Made by a program: the position numbers and the translations under genes
Part shown: positions 1-9,314 of the stretch, piece by piece
Layout of the letters: each line of letters opens with the position of its first letter
Numbering within the stretch: the stretch's first letter is position 1
Virus record (IMG/VR): IMGVR_UViG_3300009408_000009
Reading direction: 5' to 3' (one strand)
Source: an uncultured virus (IMG/VR IMGVR_UViG_3300009408_000009)
Lineage: Duplodnaviria > Heunggongvirae > Uroviricota > Caudoviricetes
DNA length: 60,405 nucleotides
Notes under the pieces: generated by a model
What the model was told of the DNA's origin: nothing
Database searches by the model: none
Seen by the model: the letters and a program-made list of their open reading frames with translations, nothing else

Positions 1-527
1 TCAATACCATTTTGTCCATTCCAAAATTTATTTTCGGTGCGTTTTGTTACGATTGATCTTGACCAAGAATACATTGAATCGCGTTTTACAGCTCTTTTCA
101 TAATTCTAATAAACCTATCTTCAAGAGTAGGTTCAGCAAAATAATCATAAATTGATAATCCGCCATCAGATGATTTGCCACTAGATATTTTTGTTTTTAA
201 CATAGTTGGAAAAAACTGATTTATCACGGATGCATCTTTATTAAAATTTTGAATTATTCCAAGCGATTCTGTATCATTAGTTAAATCCTTTTCCAAAAAA
301 TTGCAATCATTTCCTTTTAATTTTCTAAATGATTTTATTATACCATCTTTGTTCCTTCCAATTACAGGTGGTGTACCATACACATCCCATTGGTGAGTAA
401 CTTCATTACGTAATAGTTTGGCCCAATTCACAAATTCTGTATCAGTCATTTGTAATAATTGATGATACGTTGTATTCGATTTAAATTCAGAAAATCTGGA
501 ACGTTCATAAAAATAGTTTTTACTCAT
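1..527 (-). CDS. Partial (3'-truncated) phage protein, probably a DNA methyltransferase N-terminus
   Basis: ATG at 527, frame open to the window edge (MSKNYFYERSRFSEFKSNTTYHQLLQMTDTEFVNWAKLLRNEVTHQWDVYGTPPVIG...). Resembles N-termini of MTases from T4-like/large phages; no catalytic motif is visible in the window. Confidence 0.45.
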   Translation of the reverse strand, partial: MSKNYFYERSRFSEFKSNTTYHQLLQMTDTEFVNWAKLLRNEVTHQWDVYGTPPVIGRNKDGIIKSFRKLKGNDCNFLEKDLTNDTESLGIIQNFNKDASVINQFFPTMLKTKISSGKSSDGGLSIYDYFAEPTLEDRFIRIMKRAVKRDSMYSWSRSIVTKRTENKFWNGQNGI

Positions 528-566
528 TTATTATAATATTTGAAATTGATTTTCAATAAATATAAA

Positions 567-1280
567 TTACGAATTTACCTCTACTAAAAAATAATCGGTT
601 GTGTATTCGTCCACTTCAAAATGAATGTGAGCCAATCCTTGGGTTGAAATATTTAACGTTGCAGTTTTTGCTTCTTTATTTGCAACAAGAATTTCTTTTA
701 AGTATTTTGCTGAAAATGATATTGGTTTAACTTCATCTGTGGTTTCACATTCAACATCAATAGAAATTCTATTTGAGTTAATATTTTCATACCCAATAAT
801 AATTTGATGTTTATTATTTTTAGATAAAAATGTGAAATTATCTACTTCTGCAAGTGCTCCTTTTGCTTTAATGAATTTTGTAATAAAATTTTGGTCAAGT
901 TTTAATTTTACATCAAACTCTGGTAATTGTTTTAAATCAGGTACGGTTGGTATAACTGATAAATCAGCCAGCATATAATTAATTGAGGTTGATTCATCCT
1001 TAAATTTGGCAGAAGCTACTTTATCGTTAACTACTGATAATTCAAAATCTATATCAGCACCAAGTACTCCTAGCATTTTTATTAATTTTGTAGTATCATA
1101 CACTCCGAATGTTAAATCATTTTGGTCAAATCCAGTCATATTAACTGTACCAAGTACTGATTTATCATCTGAAATAAATGATGTATTTAAGGTATTGTTT
1201 GATGATTGCCATTTTACTGATTCTACGAGACCAGCCAAATTATACTTACTAATAAATCTGTTTAATTTTTGTTTTTCCAT
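567..1280 (-). CDS. DNA polymerase sliding clamp (gp45/PCNA-like)
   Basis: 237 aa, directly downstream of PolB; FGVYDTTKLIKML and YMLADLSVIP motifs like gp45-type clamps; PCNA-like C-terminal YFLV. Confidence 0.8.
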   Translation of the reverse strand: MEKQKLNRFISKYNLAGLVESVKWQSSNNTLNTSFISDDKSVLGTVNMTGFDQNDLTFGVYDTTKLIKMLGVLGADIDFELSVVNDKVASAKFKDESTSINYMLADLSVIPTVPDLKQLPEFDVKLKLDQNFITKFIKAKGALAEVDNFTFLSKNNKHQIIIGYENINSNRISIDVECETTDEVKPISFSAKYLKEILVANKEAKTATLNISTQGLAHIHFEVDEYTTDYFLVEVNS

Positions 1281-1317
1281 TTTTTGTATTTAAATTTAGT
1301 TTTTATGTATTCTTATT

Positions 1318-1350
1318 GCTAATATACGAATAATTTTTTAATTATCCTAA
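1318..1350 (-). promoter_or_regulatory. Bacteroidota-like host-sigma promoter
   Basis: TTAGGA...TTCGTATATTAG upstream of the clamp gene; the same architecture recurs at about 9020, 24230, 31140, 31745 and 41420. Confidence 0.6.
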
Positions 1351-1421
1351 TATTTTTAGTGTTTATTATTTGTTTTTACATGTCATGGTCATGACCATAC
1401 ATTATAATTCTATTTAATTTA

Positions 1422-2375
1422 TTAAAAATTAAAAAATTTACTGGCAGTTTTTTGTTCATTAAGTACTAATCCCCATTTTAATACATCATAAAAATCTTGA
1501 AGTTTTCCTAATAATTCTCTTTCAAATATTTTTTCATGATTAATATAAGTATCTATAAATTTTGTTATTTCTGGTGGGTCTTTATATCCAGTAAATCCTA
1601 CTGCATCTAATCCAAACGGATTACGTTTTAAATACACCCATTTTATTTTATCGCCGTTTTTCATTGGTGCGTATTTATATGGAGTTTTGTAATATTTTAA
1701 TAAATCATTATACGCAATACCAGCTTTAACATGAGCAGGTGCACCCTTTTTAAAATCGAATAATTTTGTGCTCCCAACATTCATATATTTACTTAGTTCC
1801 TTTACTGCAGAATTTTTAGCTATATCTGTGTTTGATAACTGTATCATCGAACTTTTGAATCCTAATATTATATCTGATATTGTACTTTGCGGTGTATCTT
1901 TTAATATTTCTATAAGTACTTTTGACATTAAATCTTGAAATGCTTTTGGAAATGATGAACGTATTACATCTAACCCTTTAACATCAAGTTTATCAACAGG
2001 TACACCATTATTAGAAATAATCCATTGAGCATATCTTTTTTTGGCTACCCAAAATCCTGCGCGTGCAACATATTCCTTTTTTATTTGTAATCTGTGTTGT
2101 TGTACATTTAATATTTTATCTGCAAATATATCATAAAATTTATTTAAATAATTTTGCATTTCTCCTGCAATATTATCCACTTTTTTAGCTATATTTGCAG
2201 GTGTGTCTTGTTCCCATTTAGGGTTTCGGTAGTCTAATAACGGTACTGCCGAAAAAAATACTGAATCTGTATCAATTTTCTCCCCGAAAGATTAAACTAA
2301 CGGGGAGAACGCATCGATATAGATATTGCTATCTACTGTAGCACCACCTATATCGAGTATTTTTTTTATTTTCAT
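1422..2375 (-). CDS. polB: Family B DNA polymerase, C-terminal subunit (motif C, palm, thumb), interrupted by a 42-nt stop-containing insert
   Basis: From ATG 2375: MKIKKILDIGGATVDSNIYID-[AFSPLV*SFGEKID]-TDSVFFSAVPLLD..., in frame with the 1422..2180 ORF (AKKRY, KGLDVIRS). Removing 42 nt restores YIDTDS. Confidence 0.85.
2271..2312 (-). other. Putative translational bypass (hop) element / coding gap
   Basis: GAT (2315-2313) ... GAT (2273-2271); 9-bp stem TTCTCCCCG/CGGGGAGAA (2278-2286 and 2301-2309); in-frame TAA at 2294-2292 in the loop. Confidence 0.65.
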
Positions 2376-2391
2376 TTATTATATATTTTTA

Positions 2392-4164
2392 TTAATTTAA
2401 AACTAAATCATCATTTGGTTGCAATTCTTTAGCCGGTATTGTTGTTATAATTCCATTACGAGTTATAGTCATTTTAGTATTTGGACTAATTTTAATAATT
2501 TTATTATTTTCTAACTCAATCTTCATCGGAGTTCCGCCAATTTCTTCATTATATTTAAGATTACACATATTCGCCGTTGACTTAATAATTAGCTGTCCTG
2601 TCGTTGTAACTGCTTCAGCATTTTCTCTATCATAAAAACGAAATGCGGGGAGACCCATTGTGCCATATAAACTATTAAGTAAAATTTTCTGTACAAGCTG
2701 TCGTTTTCCATAAAAATTATATTGTTCACTATCGCCAGATTTACCATATTTTTTCATTAAATTTTTATATTTTACTCGTTGATCAAACCATAATGAAAGT
2801 ATACCTGGAATACAACCTACTATATCTTTTCTGTACAAAACTCCATTAGTTGATACACTATAATCTTGCTCTTTTATAAGTTTAGCTAAGTTTTCCGAAG
2901 TTATAGTATTATTATCAATAGAATATGTTTTATTAGTATTATTTAAAAATTGTTGTGAATCCCAGTTAATAATTTTAGCAATTTTAGTTTCTGGCGAAAT
3001 ATTTAATGTCATAATAATAGATGGATACAATGATGTTAAATCTAAATCATATATCCAATCATGTTTACCAACTATTGGTTCTTTTACATATGCACCAATA
3101 AATTTTCCCTTTCCCGCTTCTTTTAATGCTTTCATTTTTTCTCTTCTATCTGCAGGTTTATTAGGAGCAACTAAATTTTTACGTTTTAAATAAGTTAATA
3201 ATGCACCTTCTAAATATTTAGAAGAATATACAAAATCTTCATATGGTACATGACCTGAATGACAAATTCCTCTACATAAATCAATAAATTGTAGTTTCTT
3301 TTCTAATTTTACTACAATTTCAACATCTACTGTATTATATTCGACAAATTTATTAATATCTGTTTGAAATAAATCATCAAGGTTTCCTTCATATTCAATT
3401 TTACCTTGATTTAGTTCAAGTTTACCAACGGTATCTAATCTATAATTAGGCAATTCATTATAATTGAATTTCTTATATAATGATAAATAATCTAAGCAAC
3501 TTACCCCCGCTAAAAAGAATCTTTGGCGATACGGTGAATAAAATGATTTTCCAATCGGTGATAATCTATTTGCGTAGTCTATTCCTAATATTCGTTTTAT
3601 ACGATTAAATAAGTATGGAATATCAAAATAGTCAATATTCCAACCTGTTATAATATCTGGTGCTATATCTTCATATATTTCTAAAAATTTCAAACACATA
3701 GCTATTTCAGTTTTAAACGGTAACACTAATGCCTTTGATGTTTGTTTTGCTTGCATTTTACCGGTTTTATCCATTACAAGTACAACATATTTATTACTAA
3801 TATTATCGTGCAACCCAATAGCAGTCAGCTCGTTAGTTGATTCATTAACATTAGGTAATCCACTTTCCATTTCTACCTCAATATCAAATGTAAATACTTT
3901 AATACCAGTTGAAATTTCATCTGAATCTGTGTAAGTATCTACGAGTACTCTTGTAGTTTCAGGTACATCAGATTCAAAAAGATTAATGTCATCCTTTGAA
4001 AACTTATATATCTTAGTTAGTTTATCACCATAAATTGATGTGTAACTACCATTAATATTTTTTTCATATGCGTATCGAGAGTATGGAAACGAAATATATC
4101 CGTTAGTGTCATCCCAGATATGCATTAAATTCTTCTCCCTCTGATAATATATATTTTTATAAAT
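2392..4164 (-). CDS. polB: Family B DNA polymerase, N-terminal subunit (3'-5' exonuclease, motifs A and B) with intein-like C-terminal tail
   Basis: FDIE, GWNIDYFDIPY, YNTVDVE, DLTSLYPSII, QKILLNSLYG. The frame extends 13 codons upstream of ATG 4125 to ATT 4164 (start uncertain). Confidence 0.9.
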   Translation of the reverse strand: MYKNIYYQREKNLMHIWDDTNGYISFPYSRYAYEKNINGSYTSIYGDKLTKIYKFSKDDINLFESDVPETTRVLVDTYTDSDEISTGIKVFTFDIEVEMESGLPNVNESTNELTAIGLHDNISNKYVVLVMDKTGKMQAKQTSKALVLPFKTEIAMCLKFLEIYEDIAPDIITGWNIDYFDIPYLFNRIKRILGIDYANRLSPIGKSFYSPYRQRFFLAGVSCLDYLSLYKKFNYNELPNYRLDTVGKLELNQGKIEYEGNLDDLFQTDINKFVEYNTVDVEIVVKLEKKLQFIDLCRGICHSGHVPYEDFVYSSKYLEGALLTYLKRKNLVAPNKPADRREKMKALKEAGKGKFIGAYVKEPIVGKHDWIYDLDLTSLYPSIIMTLNISPETKIAKIINWDSQQFLNNTNKTYSIDNNTITSENLAKLIKEQDYSVSTNGVLYRKDIVGCIPGILSLWFDQRVKYKNLMKKYGKSGDSEQYNFYGKRQLVQKILLNSLYGTMGLPAFRFYDRENAEAVTTTGQLIIKSTANMCNLKYNEEIGGTPMKIELENNKIIKISPNTKMTITRNGIITTIPAKELQPNDDLVLN

Positions 4165-4176
4165 AATTTCTAAATT

Positions 4177-4290
4177 TTAATTGTTATAACTTTTTTTCTT
4201 ACACCGTTTACTACGTTGATGTACTGCTAAATGAGTTGGTGGTAAATTTTTACCGCAAATATTGCATATTGTACGTGGTATGGGGTTTTA
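4177..4290 (-). pseudogene. Zinc-finger remnant, probably of a decayed endonuclease gene
   Basis: Start-less frame IPRTICNICGKNLPPTHLAVHQRSKRCKKKSYNN*. Confidence 0.35.
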
Positions 4291-4420
4291 TTAGGTTCAG
4301 ATATTCGTTATTTATGAATTTAAGATTTTGGTAAACGTAACCAATCATATGAATATGAACCATCTTTATGTTTTTGTGTAATAATAATATTCCATAATTA
4401 CCTTTCTTTGGTAGTAAACA

Positions 4421-4593
4421 TTAACTTTTCTTAAATTTGTTTATTTCTGATATTGGATATCCATCTGGAAAACAAATATATTTTGTAGCAGTTGGGCTCA
4501 TGTGTGATAAATTTATTTTATCATTCTCGTTTAGTATTATCATGATTGGTTCATTTTCCGCATCATAAACTGTATTCCTATTTTTACTTTCAT
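4421..4593 (-). pseudogene. Small hypothetical gene with a 1-nt frameshift
   Basis: MKVKIG, then a shift near 4575 into NTVYDAENEPIMIILNENDKINLSHMSPTATKYICFPDGYPISEINKFKKS*. Confidence 0.45.
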
Positions 4594-4608
4594 AATTTTA
4601 TTTATTAT

Positions 4609-5853
4609 TTATGGTTTCTGAAATAGCCATATAGGCTCGCAGAAAGTTTTAGTATTTTCATTTGATTCTTTAATTGTTTCTTCTGAGTAGTGTTCTGTAT
4701 TTCTTGCGGTTAAAGTTCCACCAGAATTTGGACGCGATGCCATTGCCATTCCAATACATCCTTTATATATCATTCCGTGTTCTGTTAAGAAATCATTCAT
4801 TGGATTACAAATTTCTAACCAACTTTTATCCATTGACAATTTACTATTGCTATATACATCTGCTATATTAATTGCTATAATTCCACTTTTTTTTACAGTT
4901 GGTATTATTTTTTCTAATGTTTTATGTAAAAAATCTTTGTTCCATTTATTTATATCTTTGTATCGTACCCAACTTTGTGTATCATCATATGAGTATCGTT
5001 CCACCGAAAAATAGGGTGGTGATGTAAATACAATATCAAAATAATTTGTATAGTTTGAATAATCAAAATCTTCGGCTGGCGATACATAGAAATCAGTTTT
5101 CTTTTTGTTTTCAAAAAATGAAGAATTTTTTGTGTAAAATTCTTTTTGCTTTTTATAAAATGGATGATTCTCTTTTCTCGGGTCTAATCCAACGTAATGT
5201 TCCGTACAATCCGCCGAATAAAAACCAGCTAATCTATCACCCCAGCCCATTGAAAAATCCAATATTGTTTTTGCATTATACATTTCATATAAAGCTTTAG
5301 CTACTGATGGTTTAAATTGTGCACAAATATATTTGCGTAATCCAATCATAGTTCTTAATTCAGATTTTCCAACTTTTTTTAATTTAAGAGAATATGCTGA
5401 ACCCATTAATGAAGTCATAAACTTTTCATTTATCCAAGTTCGTGCAGGGCCCGGTGAAACTGAACCATCTACACTCCATCTATTAGTTTGTTGAAAATAA
5501 TTTGAAGATTTATTTCCGGTATTTAATCTACTAAAATACAGTTGCTTATCGTTATACGTATAAGGATACCGCGATTTAGATGCTTTACGTGGAAACCACT
5601 CACCCTCTTTTAAAAGTTCGTTATATCTCACCCCTTTAAGTTTCATGTAATCTTTATACGCATCGCGTTCTGATATTTCTGCATATGGTATTTCGTAAGT
5701 CATAGCACATTTTGCCATTTGCAACTTTACATCATCCTTTTCATATGTGTTTTTAATATGCTCCCATTGTTCTTCGTTGATGAAGAAGTAGGGAGTCATA
5801 TTATAAAATTGTTTAAAATAATCTGTTATATTCATTTTATTGGATGAGTTCAT
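4609..5853 (-). CDS. DNA amino-methyltransferase (N4-C/N6-A)
   Basis: SAM-binding ILDFSMGWGDR followed by catalytic FTSPPYF. Confidence 0.85.
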   Translation of the reverse strand: MNSSNKMNITDYFKQFYNMTPYFFINEEQWEHIKNTYEKDDVKLQMAKCAMTYEIPYAEISERDAYKDYMKLKGVRYNELLKEGEWFPRKASKSRYPYTYNDKQLYFSRLNTGNKSSNYFQQTNRWSVDGSVSPGPARTWINEKFMTSLMGSAYSLKLKKVGKSELRTMIGLRKYICAQFKPSVAKALYEMYNAKTILDFSMGWGDRLAGFYSADCTEHYVGLDPRKENHPFYKKQKEFYTKNSSFFENKKKTDFYVSPAEDFDYSNYTNYFDIVFTSPPYFSVERYSYDDTQSWVRYKDINKWNKDFLHKTLEKIIPTVKKSGIIAINIADVYSNSKLSMDKSWLEICNPMNDFLTEHGMIYKGCIGMAMASRPNSGGTLTARNTEHYSEETIKESNENTKTFCEPIWLFQKP

Positions 5854-6010
5854 TATTATCTTTAGTTTATAGTATTGTTTTTATGTAATTCTATATGACA
5901 ATTCTTATGTAATATCACAATGTTAACTACTTTATTTTTACCAACATTAGCATAGTGTTCAATATTTTATAATTTTAACTAATATCGACATTTATTTGAT
6001 ATATACAAGT

Positions 6011-6913
6011 TTATTCTTTTTTATTTTGTGTAGAACGTAAATATTTTATTGAATCTTGATAACTACCTCCCAACGAAAAAAACGCTATTTTACCTTTTAA
6101 TTTATGAATATTTTGGTCTAACCATTTCCATGATTTTTTTTCCCAAAATTCGTTGCAATCAAATGGTACAATATAATCTTCCATCATATCATTGAAATCG
6201 AACTCTGGTTTGTAAAGATGAATATTATTTTTATCACCTGCATAATTTTTATTTAAAATTTTACGTGTTGAATTAATAGTAGACATCGTAATACTATGTA
6301 CCTGACGTTTGTTTTCTACAATATCTTTCCAATTATCATATTTTAAAAATCCTTTAATTAATCCTGCAGCAGTTACACCACTTCCTATTCCAATAATTAA
6401 ATGGTCAAAATCATTAATTTTCATGATTTCTTCCATTTTATCTTGCATATATTTTACATAAACTGGATGATTAAATGCGTGTGGTAGCATTTGCCAGCCT
6501 TTTTTCTTATTTATACCTTTTAATTTATTTTCCATTAATGCCATCATATTTGGTTTTAACGGAAACATAGTAGCACCATTTTCTTTAATTCGTTGTAATA
6601 ATTCAGGTGGATATGATTTTGAATCTGGATATGCTGAAATATATTCTATATCATGCATTGGACATAATTTTGATAAAGTCCAACCCGTCCAACTTCCATA
6701 TACTGATAAATGTACCAATGGCTTATTTTTATCAATCGCATTAGACATTAATAATTTATCTATAGCTTCAATTTTACCCCAACGTGGATATTCATTTCCA
6801 TCTCCTACCAAATCGCCACGTATTACACTAACTTCTCTTCCATTTAGCATAAATTTATCAATTCTAAATGCTTCTTTAGGCAATTTATAATAATTCATTT
6901 TTTTTGTATCCAT
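6011..6913 (-). CDS. PLP-dependent fold-type II enzyme (ACC deaminase/D-cysteine desulfhydrase-like)
   Basis: IRGDL...WGK Schiff-base-lysine region; IGIGSGVTAAGL phosphate-binding loop. Confidence 0.6.
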   Translation of the reverse strand: MDTKKMNYYKLPKEAFRIDKFMLNGREVSVIRGDLVGDGNEYPRWGKIEAIDKLLMSNAIDKNKPLVHLSVYGSWTGWTLSKLCPMHDIEYISAYPDSKSYPPELLQRIKENGATMFPLKPNMMALMENKLKGINKKKGWQMLPHAFNHPVYVKYMQDKMEEIMKINDFDHLIIGIGSGVTAAGLIKGFLKYDNWKDIVENKRQVHSITMSTINSTRKILNKNYAGDKNNIHLYKPEFDFNDMMEDYIVPFDCNEFWEKKSWKWLDQNIHKLKGKIAFFSLGGSYQDSIKYLRSTQNKKE

Positions 6914-8286
6914 TTGTATACTCCTGTATTATATGTTTCTATCGGATTTCGTAACTCTTTATGAGAAAATCCATTCATTTTTCTAAAATTATCTTGAATG
7001 ACATGGATCATTTTTTTTCTATTATTAAAATTTATAGTCGTATCATTTAAAATAATGTGTTCAATATAAACTTTAAAATTTGTACCTTTTTGAAACGCTC
7101 GTTTTTCTTGATTGATTACCTCTTTCGGTAAGTATGGTGTAAACGCATCAGCTAATGGTAATTTCCATTGAGTACCGTGTGATAATACTTCATTTGGTAA
7201 GTTTGTTGTATAATTAAGAAAATCTGTATCAAAAAATGGACATCTTAATTCTATTGTTCCATAATTCATAAATACAGTATTACCTCTTAATAAATTACCA
7301 TAATGTTGTTTTTCAAATAAGTTTTTCCTAATATCAGACCAATCTGGCTTTTTACTAAACATTCGTATCATTCCGTATGAACCATATGATTCGTCTGAGC
7401 CTTCTCCGCTAAACGCAACTTTAATTCCATCTTTACACATTTCTTCGGCTATAAACGATTGTAAAATACCAACTTCTGTTTGTACCGTTGACGGATATTC
7501 TATTACTTTAATTGATTCCAAAAATCGTTTTTTTAATATATTTGGGTCATTTGGAATATTAACTTCAACTAATTCAACATTCAAATATTTTGCTACTATT
7601 CTAGCGAAATGTAAATCTCTTGATTCTTCATCAAATTTTGCAGTATAAGCTTTGATAGTTGGAATTCGAGCTGAAAGTAAGTAAGTAATTACTGCAGAAT
7701 CAATTCCGCCACTTAAAGATGTTGCTATTGGCACATCTGATAATAATCGTTTATCAACTGCGTTACGTAATAAATTATATGTGATTAGTCCAACTTCTTC
7801 GCGTGTATTAATCTTTGTAGCAGTATTAGTAAAATTAAAATAAAAATTATTATGAATTTCTAACTTATCGTTATTTAAATTAATTTCAATCAATGAATTT
7901 TTAGGTACGATACGTGCAATTGCAGTTGGATGAATACTATTAATAGATTTTAACTCACTAGCAACAATTGTATGGGTAGTTCCATTTTGATATATATACA
8001 ATGGTAATTTACCTACCCAATCGCGAGAAATTAATAATTTATTATTATCATAAATATTCCAGATTTCGCCATTAACAATTAAATAAACACCGTCTGACTC
8101 CATTGGTTGCCTACCTGAGTCAGATGTATCATTTATAGATAAACGATTATGTCCTAATACTATATGATGATTATTAATATCAAATTCATTAATACCGCGT
8201 GAATCATTACCTCTATGGGCAATAGTTTCAAGCATATTATTTACATCTGATTTAGTATAACCAATAGTAGCTACAATTCCACACAT
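6895..8286 (-). CDS. Asparagine synthetase B-like amidotransferase / ATP pyrophosphatase
   Basis: N-terminal MCGI, HNRLSI, NGEIWN, SLSGGIDS, SGEGSDE, ELRCPFFD; apparent internal deletion in the GATase domain. Confidence 0.85.
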   Translation of the reverse strand: MCGIVATIGYTKSDVNNMLETIAHRGNDSRGINEFDINNHHIVLGHNRLSINDTSDSGRQPMESDGVYLIVNGEIWNIYDNNKLLISRDWVGKLPLYIYQNGTTHTIVASELKSINSIHPTAIARIVPKNSLIEINLNNDKLEIHNNFYFNFTNTATKINTREEVGLITYNLLRNAVDKRLLSDVPIATSLSGGIDSAVITYLLSARIPTIKAYTAKFDEESRDLHFARIVAKYLNVELVEVNIPNDPNILKKRFLESIKVIEYPSTVQTEVGILQSFIAEEMCKDGIKVAFSGEGSDESYGSYGMIRMFSKKPDWSDIRKNLFEKQHYGNLLRGNTVFMNYGTIELRCPFFDTDFLNYTTNLPNEVLSHGTQWKLPLADAFTPYLPKEVINQEKRAFQKGTNFKVYIEHIILNDTTINFNNRKKMIHVIQDNFRKMNGFSHKELRNPIETYNTGVYKWIQKK

Positions 8287-8287
8287 A

Positions 8288-8986
8288 CTATCTATTTAAT
8301 TTTTTTAATAAAGCTATTGTTTTTTTCTTTTCATTATTCATATCGCCTAAATGACATGAGCAAGCCAATATTGAAACTTTCCCTAATTCCTGATTGCTTT
8401 CCTTAGCTAAAAATTTACCCATATCAACTAACGCGGAATAATCAGCATATCCACTTTTAGATACTCTGTTTGAACGTATGACTGATGTTAGATATAGTTT
8501 ACCATTTCTAGGTTTAACATCTATTCCTAGCATACATGGTTGAGAATATGGGTTTCTTGCGTCTCGCGATGGATCAAATATTATCATTTCACACCGTTTA
8601 ACTGCTTTTCCTGTTTTTAATATCTTAATTACGTTTTCAACTTGGTTAAATGTTCCTTGCCATGCAATCATTCTACCCCAGTATGAATCGTGCCAATGTT
8701 TTTTAATAAATTTATATTCTAATTTTGAATCGGTATCTATAAATTTATTCTTAAATTTAATAAGTTTTGGTTCTACAAATGTAACAGTTCGTGCATAATC
8801 AATTCTATCATCACCCATGATTTCTCTAAATGATGGTTCAAACCATGAATCCTCTTTAAATTCTGTAATTTCTGTCATTACATTAAGTTCTTCGGTAAGA
8901 TTACCTACTTTTACTCCATGCTTTAATAAATGATTGGCTGTTTTACACCATCCATCGCCAGGTGAAGTTGCTTTTATTACTGTCAT
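8288..8986 (-). CDS. Thymidylate synthase superfamily protein, dCMP-type
   Basis: PC catalytic motif, RS at +20/+21, Asp at +31 (cytosine-specificity position), SCH motif. Confidence 0.75.
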   Translation of the reverse strand: MTVIKATSPGDGWCKTANHLLKHGVKVGNLTEELNVMTEITEFKEDSWFEPSFREIMGDDRIDYARTVTFVEPKLIKFKNKFIDTDSKLEYKFIKKHWHDSYWGRMIAWQGTFNQVENVIKILKTGKAVKRCEMIIFDPSRDARNPYSQPCMLGIDVKPRNGKLYLTSVIRSNRVSKSGYADYSALVDMGKFLAKESNQELGKVSILACSCHLGDMNNEKKKTIALLKKLNR

Positions 8987-9005
8987 AAATATTTTTTGAA
9001 TTAAC

Positions 9006-9038
9006 TTAAATATACGAAAATTTTTTCATATATCCTAT
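9006..9038 (-). promoter_or_regulatory. Promoter heading the base-modification operon
   Basis: TAGGA...TTCGTATATTTAAG about 20 nt upstream of the TS-like ATG. Confidence 0.6.
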
Positions 9039-9069
9039 TTTTTTTGATTATATTGAAATATTCTTTTTT

Positions 9070-9252
9070 TCAAATGTGTTTCCAAGTAGTTCGATTTACT
9101 ATTTGTCCCACATTCCAAGTAGTTATTTTATAGTTTCGTGCAATAATTTTGTGAGAAAACCCCTTAGCATGAAGTTCTCGTATTTCCAATACTTGTTTGC
9201 TGGATAATTTAGCATTCCAGTGAGTCTCGCCTCTTAATCTATTTCCGCCCAT
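9070..9252 (-). CDS. Small HTH DNA-binding protein (HNH-associated C-terminal-type domain)
   Basis: GETHWNAKL...VLEIR...IARNY...IVNRTTWKHI pattern. Confidence 0.65.
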   Translation of the reverse strand: MGGNRLRGETHWNAKLSSKQVLEIRELHAKGFSHKIIARNYKITTWNVGQIVNRTTWKHI

Positions 9253-9314
9253 ATGTTGCGTTACTATAACTTTATTTTTACTACAACCTATTTTTTGTTT
9301 TTAATAGCAAAATT

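Noticed and set aside
1385..1398. 14-bp palindrome ATGGTCATGACCAT between polB and clamp
   Set aside because: Single short occurrence; cannot assign a function.
1422..2180. GTG-started 252-aa ORF as the complete PolB C-subunit
   Set aside because: It lacks catalytic DTDS, which is encoded in frame upstream.
2292..2294. Simple stop readthrough in polB
   Set aside because: It would leave 14 extra residues inside motif C.
2271..2312. Group I, group II or bulge-helix-bulge intron
   Set aside because: Too short for a ribozyme core; no U/G splice-site pairing that restores the frame; no two-bulge BHB geometry.
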